Source: Squalus acanthias
Taxonomy: Eukaryota
Direction: 5' to 3'
Assembly: GCA_030390025.1 (NCBI GenBank)
Contig: CM059432.1
Location: 8,060,001 to 8,124,000 of the forward strand
DNA: 64,000 nt
The position numbers and the translations under genes are program-made. Positions 1 through 11,472 of this stretch are shown here, piece after piece (within the stretch, counting starts at the first letter, position 1; each line of letters starts with the position of its first letter). The notes below the pieces were generated by a model, which saw nothing but the letters and a program-made list of their open reading frames with translations, was not told where the DNA came from and made no database searches.

Positions 1-271
1 GTTACGGGGAGCGGGCAGGAATTTGGACATGAGTCTAGGTTCGGATCGGTCATGGCCCTGTGGGTAGTGGAGCGGGCCCAGGGACCGTGTAGCCTGATTC
101 TGCTCCTATTTCGTGTGTGCAATTCTGTTAGATGCAGGAGATGGTTCTGTGATAGATAGTAGATTGGCGGTTAGGATCAGATCAGCCATGATCTTATTGA
201 ATGGCGGAGCAGGCTCGAGGGGCCGATTGGCCTACTCCTGCTCCTATTTCTTATGTTCTTATGTTCTTATG
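1..271 (+). mobile_element. Two CR1-type LINE/SINE 3' ends (1-120 and ~129-271)
   Basis: Conserved CR1 3' UTR GATCAGCCATGATCTTATTGAATGGCGGAGCAGGCTCGAGGGGCCG...CCTACTCCTGCTCCTATTTC followed by a (TTATGTTC)n tail. Confidence 0.8.
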
Positions 272-272
272 A

Positions 273-983
273 ATGGAGGAGTCCATCGCTAACATGAGCA
301 GAGCCTTTATGGAGGCATTGGCGCATGAATGCATCACCATGGAAAGGATGGCAACCTCCTTGGAAAGGATGGCTACCTCCATGGTAAGGCTGGCTACCAT
401 AGAGGAGAGGATGGTTACGGTAGAGGAGAGGATGGCTACATCCATGGAGGAGCTTAGTCGCCAGGGTATGGAAAACATGGTAATTGTTCAGAATAGACTG
501 ACATCTCTTGAGGAGCGATGGTCAGCTATTGAGCAAACAAACCAGACCTTCATGCAAGTCCTCTGGAGTAGGACTTCCAGTGCAGAAACGGGTCCTCATG
601 CACCCCCTGCAGTGCAGCAAGGTGCTGTCCAGCCACTTGCTAGCTCTGAAGTGGGGCTGACCCATGAGAGGGATGTTGGTGGCATACAACAAGGAAGTGG
701 GGGCTCCTCTCCAAGTCCTCACACGACCATGCCACTGCAGAGCCCTCGGTCAGAGTCCCACCAGAGTCCCCACCCAACTGAGATCGGCATCCCAACCGCT
801 GCCCATCCGCAGGAGCAGCAGACTGTTGCCAAGCCCTCACAGGTTCGCAACCCCAGAGGACACCCGCCAAAGGTGTCGAGACAGGAGCAGCAAGAAAGTG
901 AGCAAGGGGCCTCCACATCTGCTGAAGCCACAGGGGAAGCACCACGTAGGAGCACGCGTAAGAGGAAGATAATGCACAAGTAG
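273..983 (+). pseudogene. C-terminal coiled-coil/low-complexity part of a Harbinger accessory (Myb/SANT-type) ORF
   Basis: 236-aa open frame with MERMATS heptads and a basic tail RRSTRKRK. The 5' part is cut off by the CR1 tail. It is convergent with the transposase remnant. The Myb domain itself is not seen. Confidence 0.5.
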
Positions 984-1156
984 TCACAAGGGTAGTCACT
1001 TGGGTGTAATGTTGTGTTTAATTTCGAAAAGCCATCAGTTGCTTATTGTCATAAAAAATTCTGATGGCAAACTGTTGCAGTTGTGGTGTGTGTTCTTTCG
1101 CTAATGGGACTTCCATATTGAGGGCTTAGGGCGACTTGCAATTGTCAGTATGGTGG

Positions 1157-1468
1157 TCAGAGTGATAGGAATCCGCACGTTCGTGGCCATTGTCGATGGT
1201 CTGATAAGAAGGTGCGAGGCAAAAGTGTTTGATTGTGCAGGCTAAGCAAATCTGGCCAACATGAGTGCGTCCCTTGCATCCCGGGCAGCAATATGGTCGC
1301 GCGCTGACGCCTTCTGGCCTGTGCAGCTTCAGGTGGGTGAGCAGCAGCTTGGCGCTCCTGTTGTTGCTGCTGCTGTTCGTGGTGCTGTTGTTCATGGTTC
1401 TGCTGCTGCCATGGCTGGTCTTCGTCCGAATCTGATGTCCAGGAGGAAAGGAAATAAATGGTTCCCAT
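1157..1468 (-). pseudogene. Harbinger (HARBI1-like) transposase N-terminal remnant
   Basis: MG..TSDSDEDQPWQQQ..ARRRQR leader resembles Harbinger transposase N-termini. No DDE core is present. Confidence 0.4.
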
Positions 1469-2034
1469 GCTTCTGGTATATGCCTCAGTTGAGGAAGCGC
1501 TCATTCAAGGTGGCGAGAGGAGTTTCCCAGGAGGTCACACTGGAGATGGGTGTCAGGCTCCAAACTTCCACAACAATGGGTATGCCTGCTAAAAGTTCCC
1601 CCAGACCTGAGACAACAAAGTTCTGCCACCTGCAAATGATGATTGCTGAAAACTCCTTTTTAATGGTGGAGCTGCAGCTGTTAGTAAGCAGTCCACTTGA
1701 AGCCGCCAGGATTCACTGGCGTGTTCCAGAGGAGACGTGCAGGACGTGGGAAAAGTGGTAAATTCAGAAAGGCCTCTCAAAATGGGATTATAGAGGCACT
1801 TAACTGGTTGTTAAGGGCCTTAAGGGCCTATCCCGCCTCTTGGAGGCGGGATGGAAACGGGGTCAGAAAACACGCATTTGGAAAATTGCTCGGAGGCGGG
1901 ATGGAGGTGGGATCGGGCCCGCACGCCAGTTTTTGCGATTTTACCACCTCACACGCCTCCAATCCCGCCTCCTCGGGCCTGGCAAAATCGAGCCCAAAGT
2001 GTCAGCATCATGTTCCACATTGGAATCACAAAGA

Positions 2035-3172
2035 AAGAAGGAGAGAACTTCCATTTATATAGCGCCTTTCATTACCTTACAGCCAATGAAGTGGGTTTTT
2101 GAAGTGGAGTCACTGTTGTACTGTGGGAACCGCGGCAGCCAAGTTGCGCACAGCAAGCTCCCACAGACAGCAATGTGATAATGACCAGATCATTTTTTTT
2201 TTGTGATATTGGTTGAGGGATAAATATCGGCCAGGACAACTGGTAGAACTCCCCTGCTCTTCTTCCAGTAGTGGCTGTGGGATCTTTGACATCCAGCTGA
2301 GAGGACAGACGGGGCCTCGACAACGACAACAACAACTTGTATTTATATAGCGCCTTTAACGTAGTAAAACGTCCCAAGGCTGCTGCACAGGAGTATTTTA
2401 AGACAAAAAATTTGACACCGATCCACATAAGGATAAATTAGGGCAGGTGACATTTAGGACTGAGATGAGGAGAAATTTCTTCACTCAGAGGGTGGTGAAC
2501 CTGTGGAATTCTCTACCACAGAAGGCTGTGGAGGCCAAGTCACTGAATATATTTAAGATGGAGATAGATAGATTTCTAGACACAAAAGGCATCAAGGGGT
2601 ATGGGGAGAGAGCGGGAATATGGTATTGAGATAGAGGATCAGCCATGACCATATTGAATGGCGGAGCAGGCTCGAAGGGCCGAATGGCCTACTCCTGCTC
2701 TTATTTTTCTATGTTTCTATGTTTCTATGTGACCAAAAGCTTGGTCAAAGAGATAGGTTTTAAAGAGCGTCTTAAAGGAGGAAAGAGAGGTAGCGAGGCA
2801 GACAGGTTTCAGCAGGGAATTCCAGAGCTTAGTGCCTAGGCAACAGAGGTTGAGTGATTATAATCAGGGATGCTCAAGAGGGCAGAATTAGAGGAGCGCA
2901 GATATCTCGGGGGGTTGTGGGGCTGAAGGAGATTACAGAGCTATGGAGGGGCGAGGCCATGGAGAGATTTGAAAACAAGGATGAGAATTTTGAAATTGAG
3001 GCGCTGCTTAACCGGGAGCCAATGTAGGTCAGCGAGCACAGGGGAGATGGGCGAACGGGACTTGGTGCGAGTTAGGACACGGGAAGCCAAGTTTTGGATG
3101 ACCTCAGGTTTACGTAGGTGGAATGTGGGAAGCAGGCCAGGAGTGCCTCGGTTCAATATCTCATCCGAAAGG
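2035..3172 (-). mobile_element. Deu-domain tRNA SINE (SacSINE1-like), split by an L2 insertion (pieces 2035-2319 and 3146-3172)
   Basis: Matches the other SINE copies in the window; GCCTCG is duplicated either side of the L2. Confidence 0.75.
2320..3145 (-). mobile_element. L2 LINE 3' fragment, itself interrupted by a CR1 3' fragment (~2451-2730, +)
   Basis: Peptide IQNLASRVLTRTK..SPVLADLHWLPVKQRLNFKILILVFK; (CAA)n tail; GTGAC is duplicated around the CR1. Confidence 0.85.
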
Positions 3173-3611
3173 CGGATTGAAGGATGACTGTTAGTTATAG
3201 CTGGGTACAGATAATGCAGAGAGAAAGATGTTACCAGCCATATTCCCCAGTGTTGTTCTGCAGCAGCTGTTAATTATATTTTCTGTGAAATTGTTAGATC
3301 TAATGGGATAATTTGCACAAACCAACTCACAGTGGAAATTGCTCTACCGACAAACACTTGAACCCCTTCACTTCCTGAGCGTAATTTCCATTCTGTTCTC
3401 CACCACTACCAAACAATAACACTTTAGATGCCTGTTAATGAGTTTGTTCTTGATATTTAAACAAAATTAAATTGCAGTATTTAGCAAGCGTAGTAAGTTT
3501 TAAAGACTTCATGCTGTGGCCTGTATTGTATTTCACCCAGGTGCCCTGACTCTAAAGCACCAAATGGATCATTTAACATTGCAGTCTGTAATAAAATATG
3601 TGTCGTTATGA

Positions 3612-4208
3612 ATTACATTGGATTATACAGAATTTTCAGCACAGAAACAGGCCATTCGGCCGAACTGGTCCATGCCGGTGTTTGTGCTCCACATGAGCCT
3701 CCTCCCACCCTACTTCATCTCACCCTAGCTGCATATTCCTTTCTCCTTCATATGTTTATCTAGTTTCCCCTTAAATGGATCTACACTATTCGCCTCAAAT
3801 ACTCCCTGCGGTAGCGGGTTCCACATTGTAACCCCTCTTTGGGTAAAGTAGTTTCTCCTGAATTCCCGATTGGGTTTATTAGTGACCCTCTTATATTTAT
3901 GGCCCCTAGTTCTGGTCTCACCCACAAGTGGAAACATCTTCTCTACGTCTACCCTATCAAAACCTCTCATAATTTTAAAGACCTCTATCAGGTCACCACT
4001 CAGCCTTCTCTTTTCTAGAGAAAAGAGACCCAGCCTGTTCAGTTGTTCCTGATAGGTATAACCTCTCAGTTCTGGGATCATCCTTGTGAATCATTTTTTG
4101 CACCTTCTCCAGTGTCTCGATATCCTTTTTATAATATGGAGACCAGAACTGTGCACAGTACAGCGTGGTCTAAACCAAGGTTCTCTACAAGTTTAAGATA
4201 ACTTTTCT
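3612..4208 (-). mobile_element. CR1 LINE 3' fragment
   Basis: ORF2 C-terminus LGLFSLEKRRLSGDLIEVFKIM..TRGH..WNPLP. Confidence 0.9.
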
Positions 4209-4365
4209 AAACAGTTGCCCCTAATTGGACATGCACTTGAAGAGGACTAATTTGCAGGGTTACGGGGAAAAAGCTGGGGTGTGGGATGAAATTGAACAGC
4301 TCCTTCAAAGAGCCGGCACAGACACGATGGGCCGAATGGCCTCCTCTTGTGTTGTAAGGTTCTAT

Positions 4366-5235
4366 GGGGGAAAAATTCAGTTGGTTGCGCCTCCCATTAG
4401 CACCTTAAGAGGGCGCTAATGGGGCGCAATGCAACTAGCGCCCGGGTGCGGCGATGTTTGCGCCGCTCGCGAAATTAACCAGACATTTTGCGGCGGCGCT
4501 AAACAGTACTGCCTCAATCTCCTGCGCCGGCAGATCGTGACGTCAGTCGAGTGCGCAACGCCCCGGTAGCGCCCCGGAGCAGATATTGAGTGGCGCCCCC
4601 TGCCTTACCGCCTGCCGCTAGCAACGACAGGTTGAGGGGAGCGTTTTGCAGTCAGGAAGGGACTGGGGGAGCGCTATTTAAAGGCGACCACTTCCTGCCT
4701 TTTTTTGTTGGCGACATTTTTGAACCATGCATTCTGAGAGAGAGAGAGAGAGACTTCTGGAGAGATTCAACGCTATGTGAAGGAGTTTTGGGCACTGAGC
4801 AGCACTTTGCAGGTTCATTTTGATTTGCCCTTCCTTGTATCGATTTAGAAGAGACTGTGGGGGCTGCACTCTGAGCTCTTTCCCTGGGCCTCTCCATTGT
4901 TCTTTCCAGCAGATTTGATGTACAGGTCTCTCCAGGCCGAGATTCAAGGCTGCAATGAGCAGGATGTGGACGGAAAGCAAGATCAACCATCCCCTTTAAG
5001 AACTGGCCGGCGCTGACTGACATCACATAAGCTTCGCCAGCGCTCTGAGGTAGCGCCTCGCTCCTCGGCCTTTGCGCCTTAAGACAGATGTGTAACGCCT
5101 GATTTAGCGCTCCAATCACCTCCAGGGGCGATAAAAGTAAGTTTGCAGTCGGAGGCGATAATTAGCGGCAGGCGCTAAACTTTGCGCCCGGCCGATAATT
5201 GCGCCCCAAACGGGGCGAGACCGAATTTCTCCCCC
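4366..5235. mobile_element. Harbinger-type non-autonomous element (MITE) inserted into a CR1 (TTCTATGA)n tail
   Basis: TIR GGGGGAAAAATTC / GAATTTCTCCCCC; flanks TAT/TAC; MERPRERA Myb-ORF-like start on the minus strand near 4895. Confidence 0.85.
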
Positions 5236-6040
5236 TACGATTCTATGATTCACGGTTTCGTTAACAAAGTTGTGTTCATCACTGGCCCTGTCTGTATTAA
5301 TTCAGAAATCTTTGCTTATATCAAAATGGTCCTCTTTCTTATTTCATACTTTTGCAGTTTTTTTTCCTGTAGGTACTTTGGGAACTGGGACTGAATCCAA
5401 TCGGACAGATGTGTCCGCTCTATATCCTTTTGATGGTTGTGAAGCACGCTGGGTGAAAGCAATCTGAACGCCCTCCACTTCCGAGTACGTGAGGACACAG
5501 CACAATTTGTACCCAAACGCAGGACAATGGGTATTCACTCATTAATTGGAATCACATCATATGGGTGGAAGAGCCATGCTGGTAGTGGTATGAGGATCTG
5601 AGCCAAGCCGTGTAGAGTCTGTTTGATCAGGTCGAGTGAAAGCCAAGGTTTGGGTAGAATTCTTCCTTTCTTGTGGCAGATTGTGGATGTGGATAATTAG
5701 TGTTAAACGGTTTATGCCCCGTCAGGAGGAGTTTAATATTGGCATTTGATTTCTAACCTGGAATTTGTTCAGAAAGAATATGAATGTTTTGTGCAGATGT
5801 GCTTGCTTTTGAGCTTTTCAAAGGGAACATTCAAAGGCTCAGGCACGAAGTGGGTTGGAAGGAATGGGGGAGGATATTGCTGAAAGCCTTTGAAGTATGA
5901 GTGGTGTTCTGGGATCGGGGGCTGAGTGACTTTGTTGCACTGCCTATGAGAGCGCAGCCAGCTTTGAGAGAGCACTTAACAATGTGCTTTATTTTATCAG
6001 GAACCTGACTATTTTCTTACTTGTGGCCAAATATAAACAT

Positions 6041-7182
6041 GGGGGGGAGAAATTCGGTATAGGCCCGTTTGGGGCGCTAAAACTTTAAAAGTTGAAGAAT
6101 TAGCGCCAGGCGCTAATCATTGTCGACTCCCGCGAAATTTCATTGTTAGCGCTCCAAGAGGGAAGTGGAGCGCTAAATCAAGCGCTACTCTCCTAACTTA
6201 GGGTGCCAACCTCTGAGAGCGGTGCCATGCTACAGCCACTGGAGTAGCACTGCATGACATCAGTCAGATAGGCAAAAGACAAGACACACAAAACAGTCAC
6301 TAAAGGAATGCATAAGGGTGATGAGTTGATTTCTTGATGTCATATTGGATGAATAGATGAATAAAGTTGGATTGGAAAGTTTGCTTTGTGGTGGCATTTA
6401 TTTCAGCATTGTAGCCAAGAGGATGCTGTGATGGTCAGTAACAGAGGGAAGGTAAGGTGTGGGACAAATGTTGAAAGAGGAATTGGGATTGTGGTCACTG
6501 GTATCGCAGGCAGATGATTCCATCCCAGATATTCCGGTCAGAAAGGGGCTGTCTGGGTTGCGTCCTTCCTATTGCTTCTTCCTCTTCTACATCCTCCTCT
6601 TCTGCTTCCTCCTCTTCTGCATCCTCCTCTTCTGCGCCTTCCTCTTCCCTCTATGATGCTGTAAATCTGAAATAAAAGCATAAAATGCTGGAAATACTCA
6701 GCAGGTCAGACAGCATCTCGACCGGAGACGTGAACTCTGTTTCTCTCTCCACAGATGCTGCCTGACCTGCTGAGTATTTACAGCATTTTCTGTCTTCTCA
6801 GAGGCCTTCCTTTACCATCTGAGGCCTTGCAAGCGCCCAGCAGCACTCCCTGCACACTTAAAAAACTTTAAACATGTATTGCACCAAGCCACTACTTCAA
6901 TAAAATCTAGTCAAAATGCTTAAATACAAACTTACCTGAATGATGTTTGTGTCCCTTTTGCTGAACGTCGGGTTTTCATGGCAAGCTTAGGAACCAGCGC
7001 TGAACTCAGCGCTAAGGTCCAAGTTCGCCGACACAATGTCACCTTCTCTTAATTGACCTTTCCAAGGCCAGCTATTGGCAGCGCTGAGGCCCTTACCAAA
7101 ATGGCAGCTGCTGAACCCTGCGTCACGGAAGGGCGCTACTTTTAGACCGGATCACAGCAGTAAGTGGGTCAATTTCTTTGTC
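6041..7182. mobile_element. Harbinger deletion derivative retaining the transposase C-terminus
   Basis: Left TIR GGGGGAGAAATTCGG and a degenerate right end. Minus strand ~6495-6600 encodes EEEAIGRTQPRQPLSDRNIWDGIICLRYQ*, an acidic tail typical of Harbinger transposases. Confidence 0.6.
6655..6793. mobile_element. Penelope-derived inverted pseudo-LTR (pLTR) hairpin, family 2, degenerate
   Basis: AAAATGCTGGAAATACTCAGCAGGTCAG..CAGCATCT / AGATGCTGCCTGACCTGCTGAGTATTTACAGCATTTT inverted arms; same family as 28954-29111. Confidence 0.65.
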
Positions 7183-7189
7183 ATAGCGG

Positions 7190-7710
7190 TTTGGTACAAC
7201 TGAGAGTCTTGCTGGGCCATTTCAGAGGGCAGTTAAGAGTCAACCACATTGCTGCGGGTCTAGAGTCACATATAGGCCAGACCGGGTAAGGACGGCAGAT
7301 TTCCTTCCACTAAAGGACGTTAATTTGTTAAATTATTCTATACAGAATAAATGAGGAAATATGTAGAAAGCCCTCTATTTGAAAATGAATGCAAATACTC
7401 ATTATAATAAATACAGTTTTAAATATGTATTCTTTGACATGACTGCTGATTGTACAATATTAACTGGCTCTTCACTGACGGCTTCAGTTTGATTTTAGTG
7501 TTTGGTGCTGTAATTGTCAATATACGGTTTTTACAACAATTTCATGGTCACCATTAGTGATTTCAGATTTATTCAATTAACTAAATTTAAATTCTCCAGC
7601 TGCCATGCGTGGGATTTGAACTCTGAGATCTAACTACAACATGATCATTACTCCCGGCCTGACTGGATTACTAGTACCAGTAACGCAGCCATTATGCCAC
7701 TGTTCCCCAC
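7190..7710 (-). mobile_element. Second tRNA-type SINE family, split (7190-7322 and ~7525-7710); other copies at ~16150-16490 (+), ~54245-55222 (-) and ~58500-58840 (-)
   Basis: Shared core AAGAGTCAACCACATTGCTG..GACGGCAGATTTCCTTCC. Its tail GGGCAATAAA..GCCCACATCCC is shared with the LINE family at 41888 and 50400. Confidence 0.7.
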
Positions 7711-9068
7711 TGCCAGCCCAGTTGGTAAAGAGCGCAGGGTTGTGCTCTTTATTTCCTCTTCCCAAGTCCGAAGACTGCCTTACTGTTTGAGGCTTCCCTG
7801 TGGAGTTGAGACCTTGTTCTGTTTCAGCCAGTCACAGAGATTGATTGAAGTATGAAATTGTGTGTAAACACAACTGCAGGAATTAAGTGAAAGATGGCCG
7901 ACAAATCAGGTCACCTGCCTTCCCACGTTAGGTATGATTAATCTTCTGGAGGCGTAGCTGGATTTTACACGGGCCTGTGACTACCAGACGGATCGGGCGG
8001 TTAACACGTTAGGGACAGTTCCGAGGCCATTTTCCGACCTCCAAGCTCGTTCTCAACCTCCATGTTTTTCCTGTGTGATCTGATTATGTTCCTCAGCTCC
8101 CCGGCTTTTATTAGGTGGGCAATTCCCCGCCAACAAGCACGACTTCCGTTTATACGGCAAATCCCTCGCACAGAAGATAGTCTTTGGAGCACTTTGCAAG
8201 GCAGGAGGCTGCCAAACAGAGGAAATAGACAACAACTTGCATTTATACAGCTGGGCGGGGGGGGGAGAGTTTCCGCTTTCCGCGCAATCGGGAAATTACA
8301 TCGAGTCTTCAGCTCAGAAACAGACCATTCGGCCCAACTGGTCCGTGCCGGTGTTTATGCTCCACACCAGCCTCCTCCCACCCCTACTTCATCTCACCCC
8401 ATCAGCATAACCTTCTATTCCTTTCTCCCTCGTGTGTTTATCCAGCTTCCCCCTTGAATGTCTCTGTGCTATTCGCCTCAGTTACTCCCTGTGGCAGCGA
8501 GTTCCACACTCTGACCACTCTCTGGGTAAAGAGGTTACTCCTGAATTCCCTATTGGATTTATTTAGTGATTATCTTATATTTATGACCTCTAGTTCTGGA
8601 CTCCCCCACAAGTGGAAACAGTTTGGGGGAGAAATTCATTATAGCACCGCTTGGGGCGCTAACTTTTAAAAGTTGAAAAAATTAGCGCCAGGCGCTAATT
8701 TCTTTTAACTTTTAAAAAATTTGGTTTTGCGCTCCTGGAAGGCAGTGCAGCGCTAAATCAAGCGCACCACTTCCTGCCTGGAGTGCAACAGGCAACAGGC
8801 GGGGTGGTAGGTGTGCAGCGCTGCCGTGTTGGAAGGCTCCTTCCCTCCCTTGAAGGGAAGGGCCATCACTGCAGGCTCCGCAAGGGAAAGAACTTACCTG
8901 GACCCGGCCGCAGCCGCGATCCGGCCTGATCAGCCCGATGCTCTGCAGCAGAGAGCCGGGCTGATCGAGCACTGAGGAAAGAAGGAATAAAAACAGAGAA
9001 CGAGCTGAAAGGATTTGCAAAATTTCATGTGTCCCCCCCCACGAAGATTTTATTGGACTTATTAAAAG

Positions 9069-9334
9069 ACATGATGCGGAGATGCCGGTGTTGGACTGGG
9101 GTGGACAAAATTGAGAGGTCGCACAACACCAGGTTATAGTCCAACAGTTTTATTTGAAATCACAAGCTTTCGGAGCTATCGATTTGCTCCTTCCTCAGGT
9201 GAAGTAAATTAGATTTTTTACTTTACTTCTAATTTACTTCACCTGAGGAAGGAGCAAATCGATAGCTCCGAAAGCTTGTGATTTCAAATAAAACTGTTGG
9301 ACTATAACCTGGTGTTGTGCGACCTCTCAATTTT
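9069..9334. mobile_element. Non-coding Penelope-like inverted pLTR pair (perfect hairpin)
   Basis: Arms 9107-9213 and 9228-9334 are exact reverse complements; nearly identical to the termini of the element at 18191-20013; TSD TTATTAAAAG (9059-9068, 9333-9342). Confidence 0.9.
9239..9281 (+). ncRNA. Minimal type I hammerhead ribozyme (mirror copy on the minus strand at 9160-9202; third copy on the minus strand at ~18276-18317)
   Basis: TCAC-CTGAGGA-A-GGAGC-aaatcgata-GCTCC-GAAA-GCTT-GTGA: intact CUGANGA/GAAA core, stem II, stem I UCAC/GUGA, palindromic AAGCUU stem III. Confidence 0.8.
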
Positions 9335-10647
9335 ATTAAAAGGAACCCTGGTCAGACTGAGTTTTAAAATCCAGGGCATGGCTACGGTCAGACCTCGTGA
9401 CCAAGAGCCTGGCAATTTTCATTTCAGACGCTGGCAAACTATCAGCTTGTGTATTCCGATGCATTGGGGACAAACCCAATTACAATCAGGTCTACGCATA
9501 AGGCTTTCAAGGTGTTTGCTCAAATAATCAGCGGGGACATTGAGACTGGGCTGGCCAATCATCGAACCTGTCGGACAAAGGGAGCAGTTGAAGAACTGGT
9601 ATGATACAATTACCAGCCATCTAACATGATGTTAAAATTCATTATGCCCAGATCAGACAATAAAAATGAGCTGATCTGGCCGAAGATTAGGATGACCGGG
9701 AGGGTATAACTGGGAAGACCCAGCCACTCGCTCTCTCTCTCTCTCTCTGCCTGGGTCCCGGTTCACCCTGTCTGTCTGCTAGCAGCCAAGAAAGAAGACC
9801 GTCCAGAAACTTCGTAGCCATGTTTCGACGGCAGAAACAGAGCACAGGGCCAGGTTTTCCATCCATTTCACCGGTGAGCATTATTTTCTTCTGGCTGTCG
9901 CAAGACAATTTTAGTTAGGCGTAAGGGTGGGAATTAATGGGGATATTGCTAAAATTGTAATTTTAGGATTTTCCCTCGATGTGTCCGTTTCTCCTCCCAT
10001 GTTAAGTGTAAAACTGTCTTCATATAATACTGTTTCTCTGTAGTTTTACTTCTGTAAATAAACATTGGTTTTCCTTGCACCAATCCACGGGTCTGTTCGT
10101 TTGTCCTTATCGCCACTCGATAAGTCCTGGGCTCAGAACTAGGAAGGTGATAGCGATTCGCAACCGCACAGAGGGCAGGACAGCCCAGGAAAACATAACA
10201 GGCTGACCTACAAATAAGCCCCTGAGACAAAAACCCCTTACACGAGCATTTGATTATTTCTTTCCCTACCTCGGCCACCTCGCCTTTAAGTATCGTCCCC
10301 GAAGCGCCCGGCCTCCCGATGAACGCCTCCTGCAGCTGCCGGTGTTTTCGCCCGGCGATGCTGCAGGAGGTGGAATCAAAGTTCGGGTCCGGGGTGATGC
10401 GCACGCCGATGATGTCACGATCTCTGGGCGAAGGAGATCGAGGGCGCAACGCCATACCGCCGCCGCAAACCTCCCGCCGAATTTAGCGGGAAGTGATATT
10501 CTCGCCGCGCCTGGGCGGTAAGTGGTTAGCGCCCTGTTATCGTCCCCCAGAGGTGATAACGGGAGGCACAAAGGTTCCCAATTTCTCCCCCTTTATCTAC
10601 ATCTAAAGAAAAGAGCCCCAGCCTGTTCAACCTTTCATAGAGTCACA

Positions 10648-11472
10648 GGGCTGGATTTTCTCAGCCCCGAGGAGGCGGGTATGGAGGCGGGACTGCCGGT
10701 AAACTCGGAGAAAGTGGGGGCGGATGGCAAACCCGCCCCCATCCTGCCTCCCTGCCCTTTTGCCAGGAGGTGGGAAGATGTGCAGCTTTGGGCCCCGTCT
10801 CCTGGAGGCGGGAAAGGGATTACACAGGTAGTTAACAGGCAGAAAAAAGGATTAGTGCCATTTTATCTTCTCAGGTGAAGGCTTCCCGACCTCGGAGAAG
10901 CCCGCCGGGTTGGAGGAGACGTGAAGGAGGTCTGCGGGGGTCGGAGGCACCTGGAAGTAAGATGTAGAGGTGAGTGATGGGTGCAAGTGTGGAGTGGTAA
11001 TTATGTAAGGTGAATGATAAGTGTTAAAAAATGTTCACTTACCTTGGTTTCTGCCTACAGCCTTCATCCTCTCTGGATCGGGAGACCCGACATCTTCCTT
11101 GTAGATTTCACAGACTGGCTGTTGGATCCTTCGAACCAACAGTCATCTGAAATCTACAAAGTTGAAAGGTTTGATGAGTCCTGAACATGGAGACTTATCA
11201 AACCACACAGAATGTCAGTGTTTGACAGCTTCACAGAGCTGTCAAACGTTGATGTTTCTTCTTTCAAGAAGTCTTGACAGATAGCACGTCTGACGTTGAC
11301 GTGCTCTGTCAGTGACTTCCCCCTAATTGGCCTGCTGAGCCCGCAGGGCGGGCTTAACAAGGTCAATCAGGGGAAAATCCCTCTGGTTGGTCAGAACATG
11401 ATGGAGGTGGGACATTGACCCGACAAGCAGCAGTCCCACCTCCAACTTGTCTCCATTCACAAAATCCAGCCC
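10648..11472. mobile_element. Harbinger-type MITE inside the tail of a second CR1 3' fragment (10636-11688, -)
   Basis: TIR GGGCTGGATTTT / AAAATCCAGCCC; flanks ACA/ATA. Confidence 0.85.

Larger units (their letters stand above)
273..1995. mobile_element. PIF/Harbinger-derived DNA transposon, internally deleted; only the right end is visible
   Basis: Ends in TIR CAAAATCGAGCCC followed by AAA. Subterminal 1670-1995 is similar to the MITEs at 45974 and 60844. Carries two convergent coding remnants. Confidence 0.7.
9006..10242 (+). mobile_element. Solo LTR (~960 bp without the Penelope insert)
   Basis: TGAAAGG...CCTTACA ends; 5-bp TSD CGAGC (9001-9005, 10243-10247); CCAAT ~9555, TATAA ~9705, AATAAA ~10057. 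Confidence 0.85.
8625..10591. mobile_element. Harbinger-type MITE hosting a solo LTR
   Basis: TIR GGGGGAGAAATT / AATTTCTCCCCC; TSD TTT (8622-8624, 10592-10594). Confidence 0.9.
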
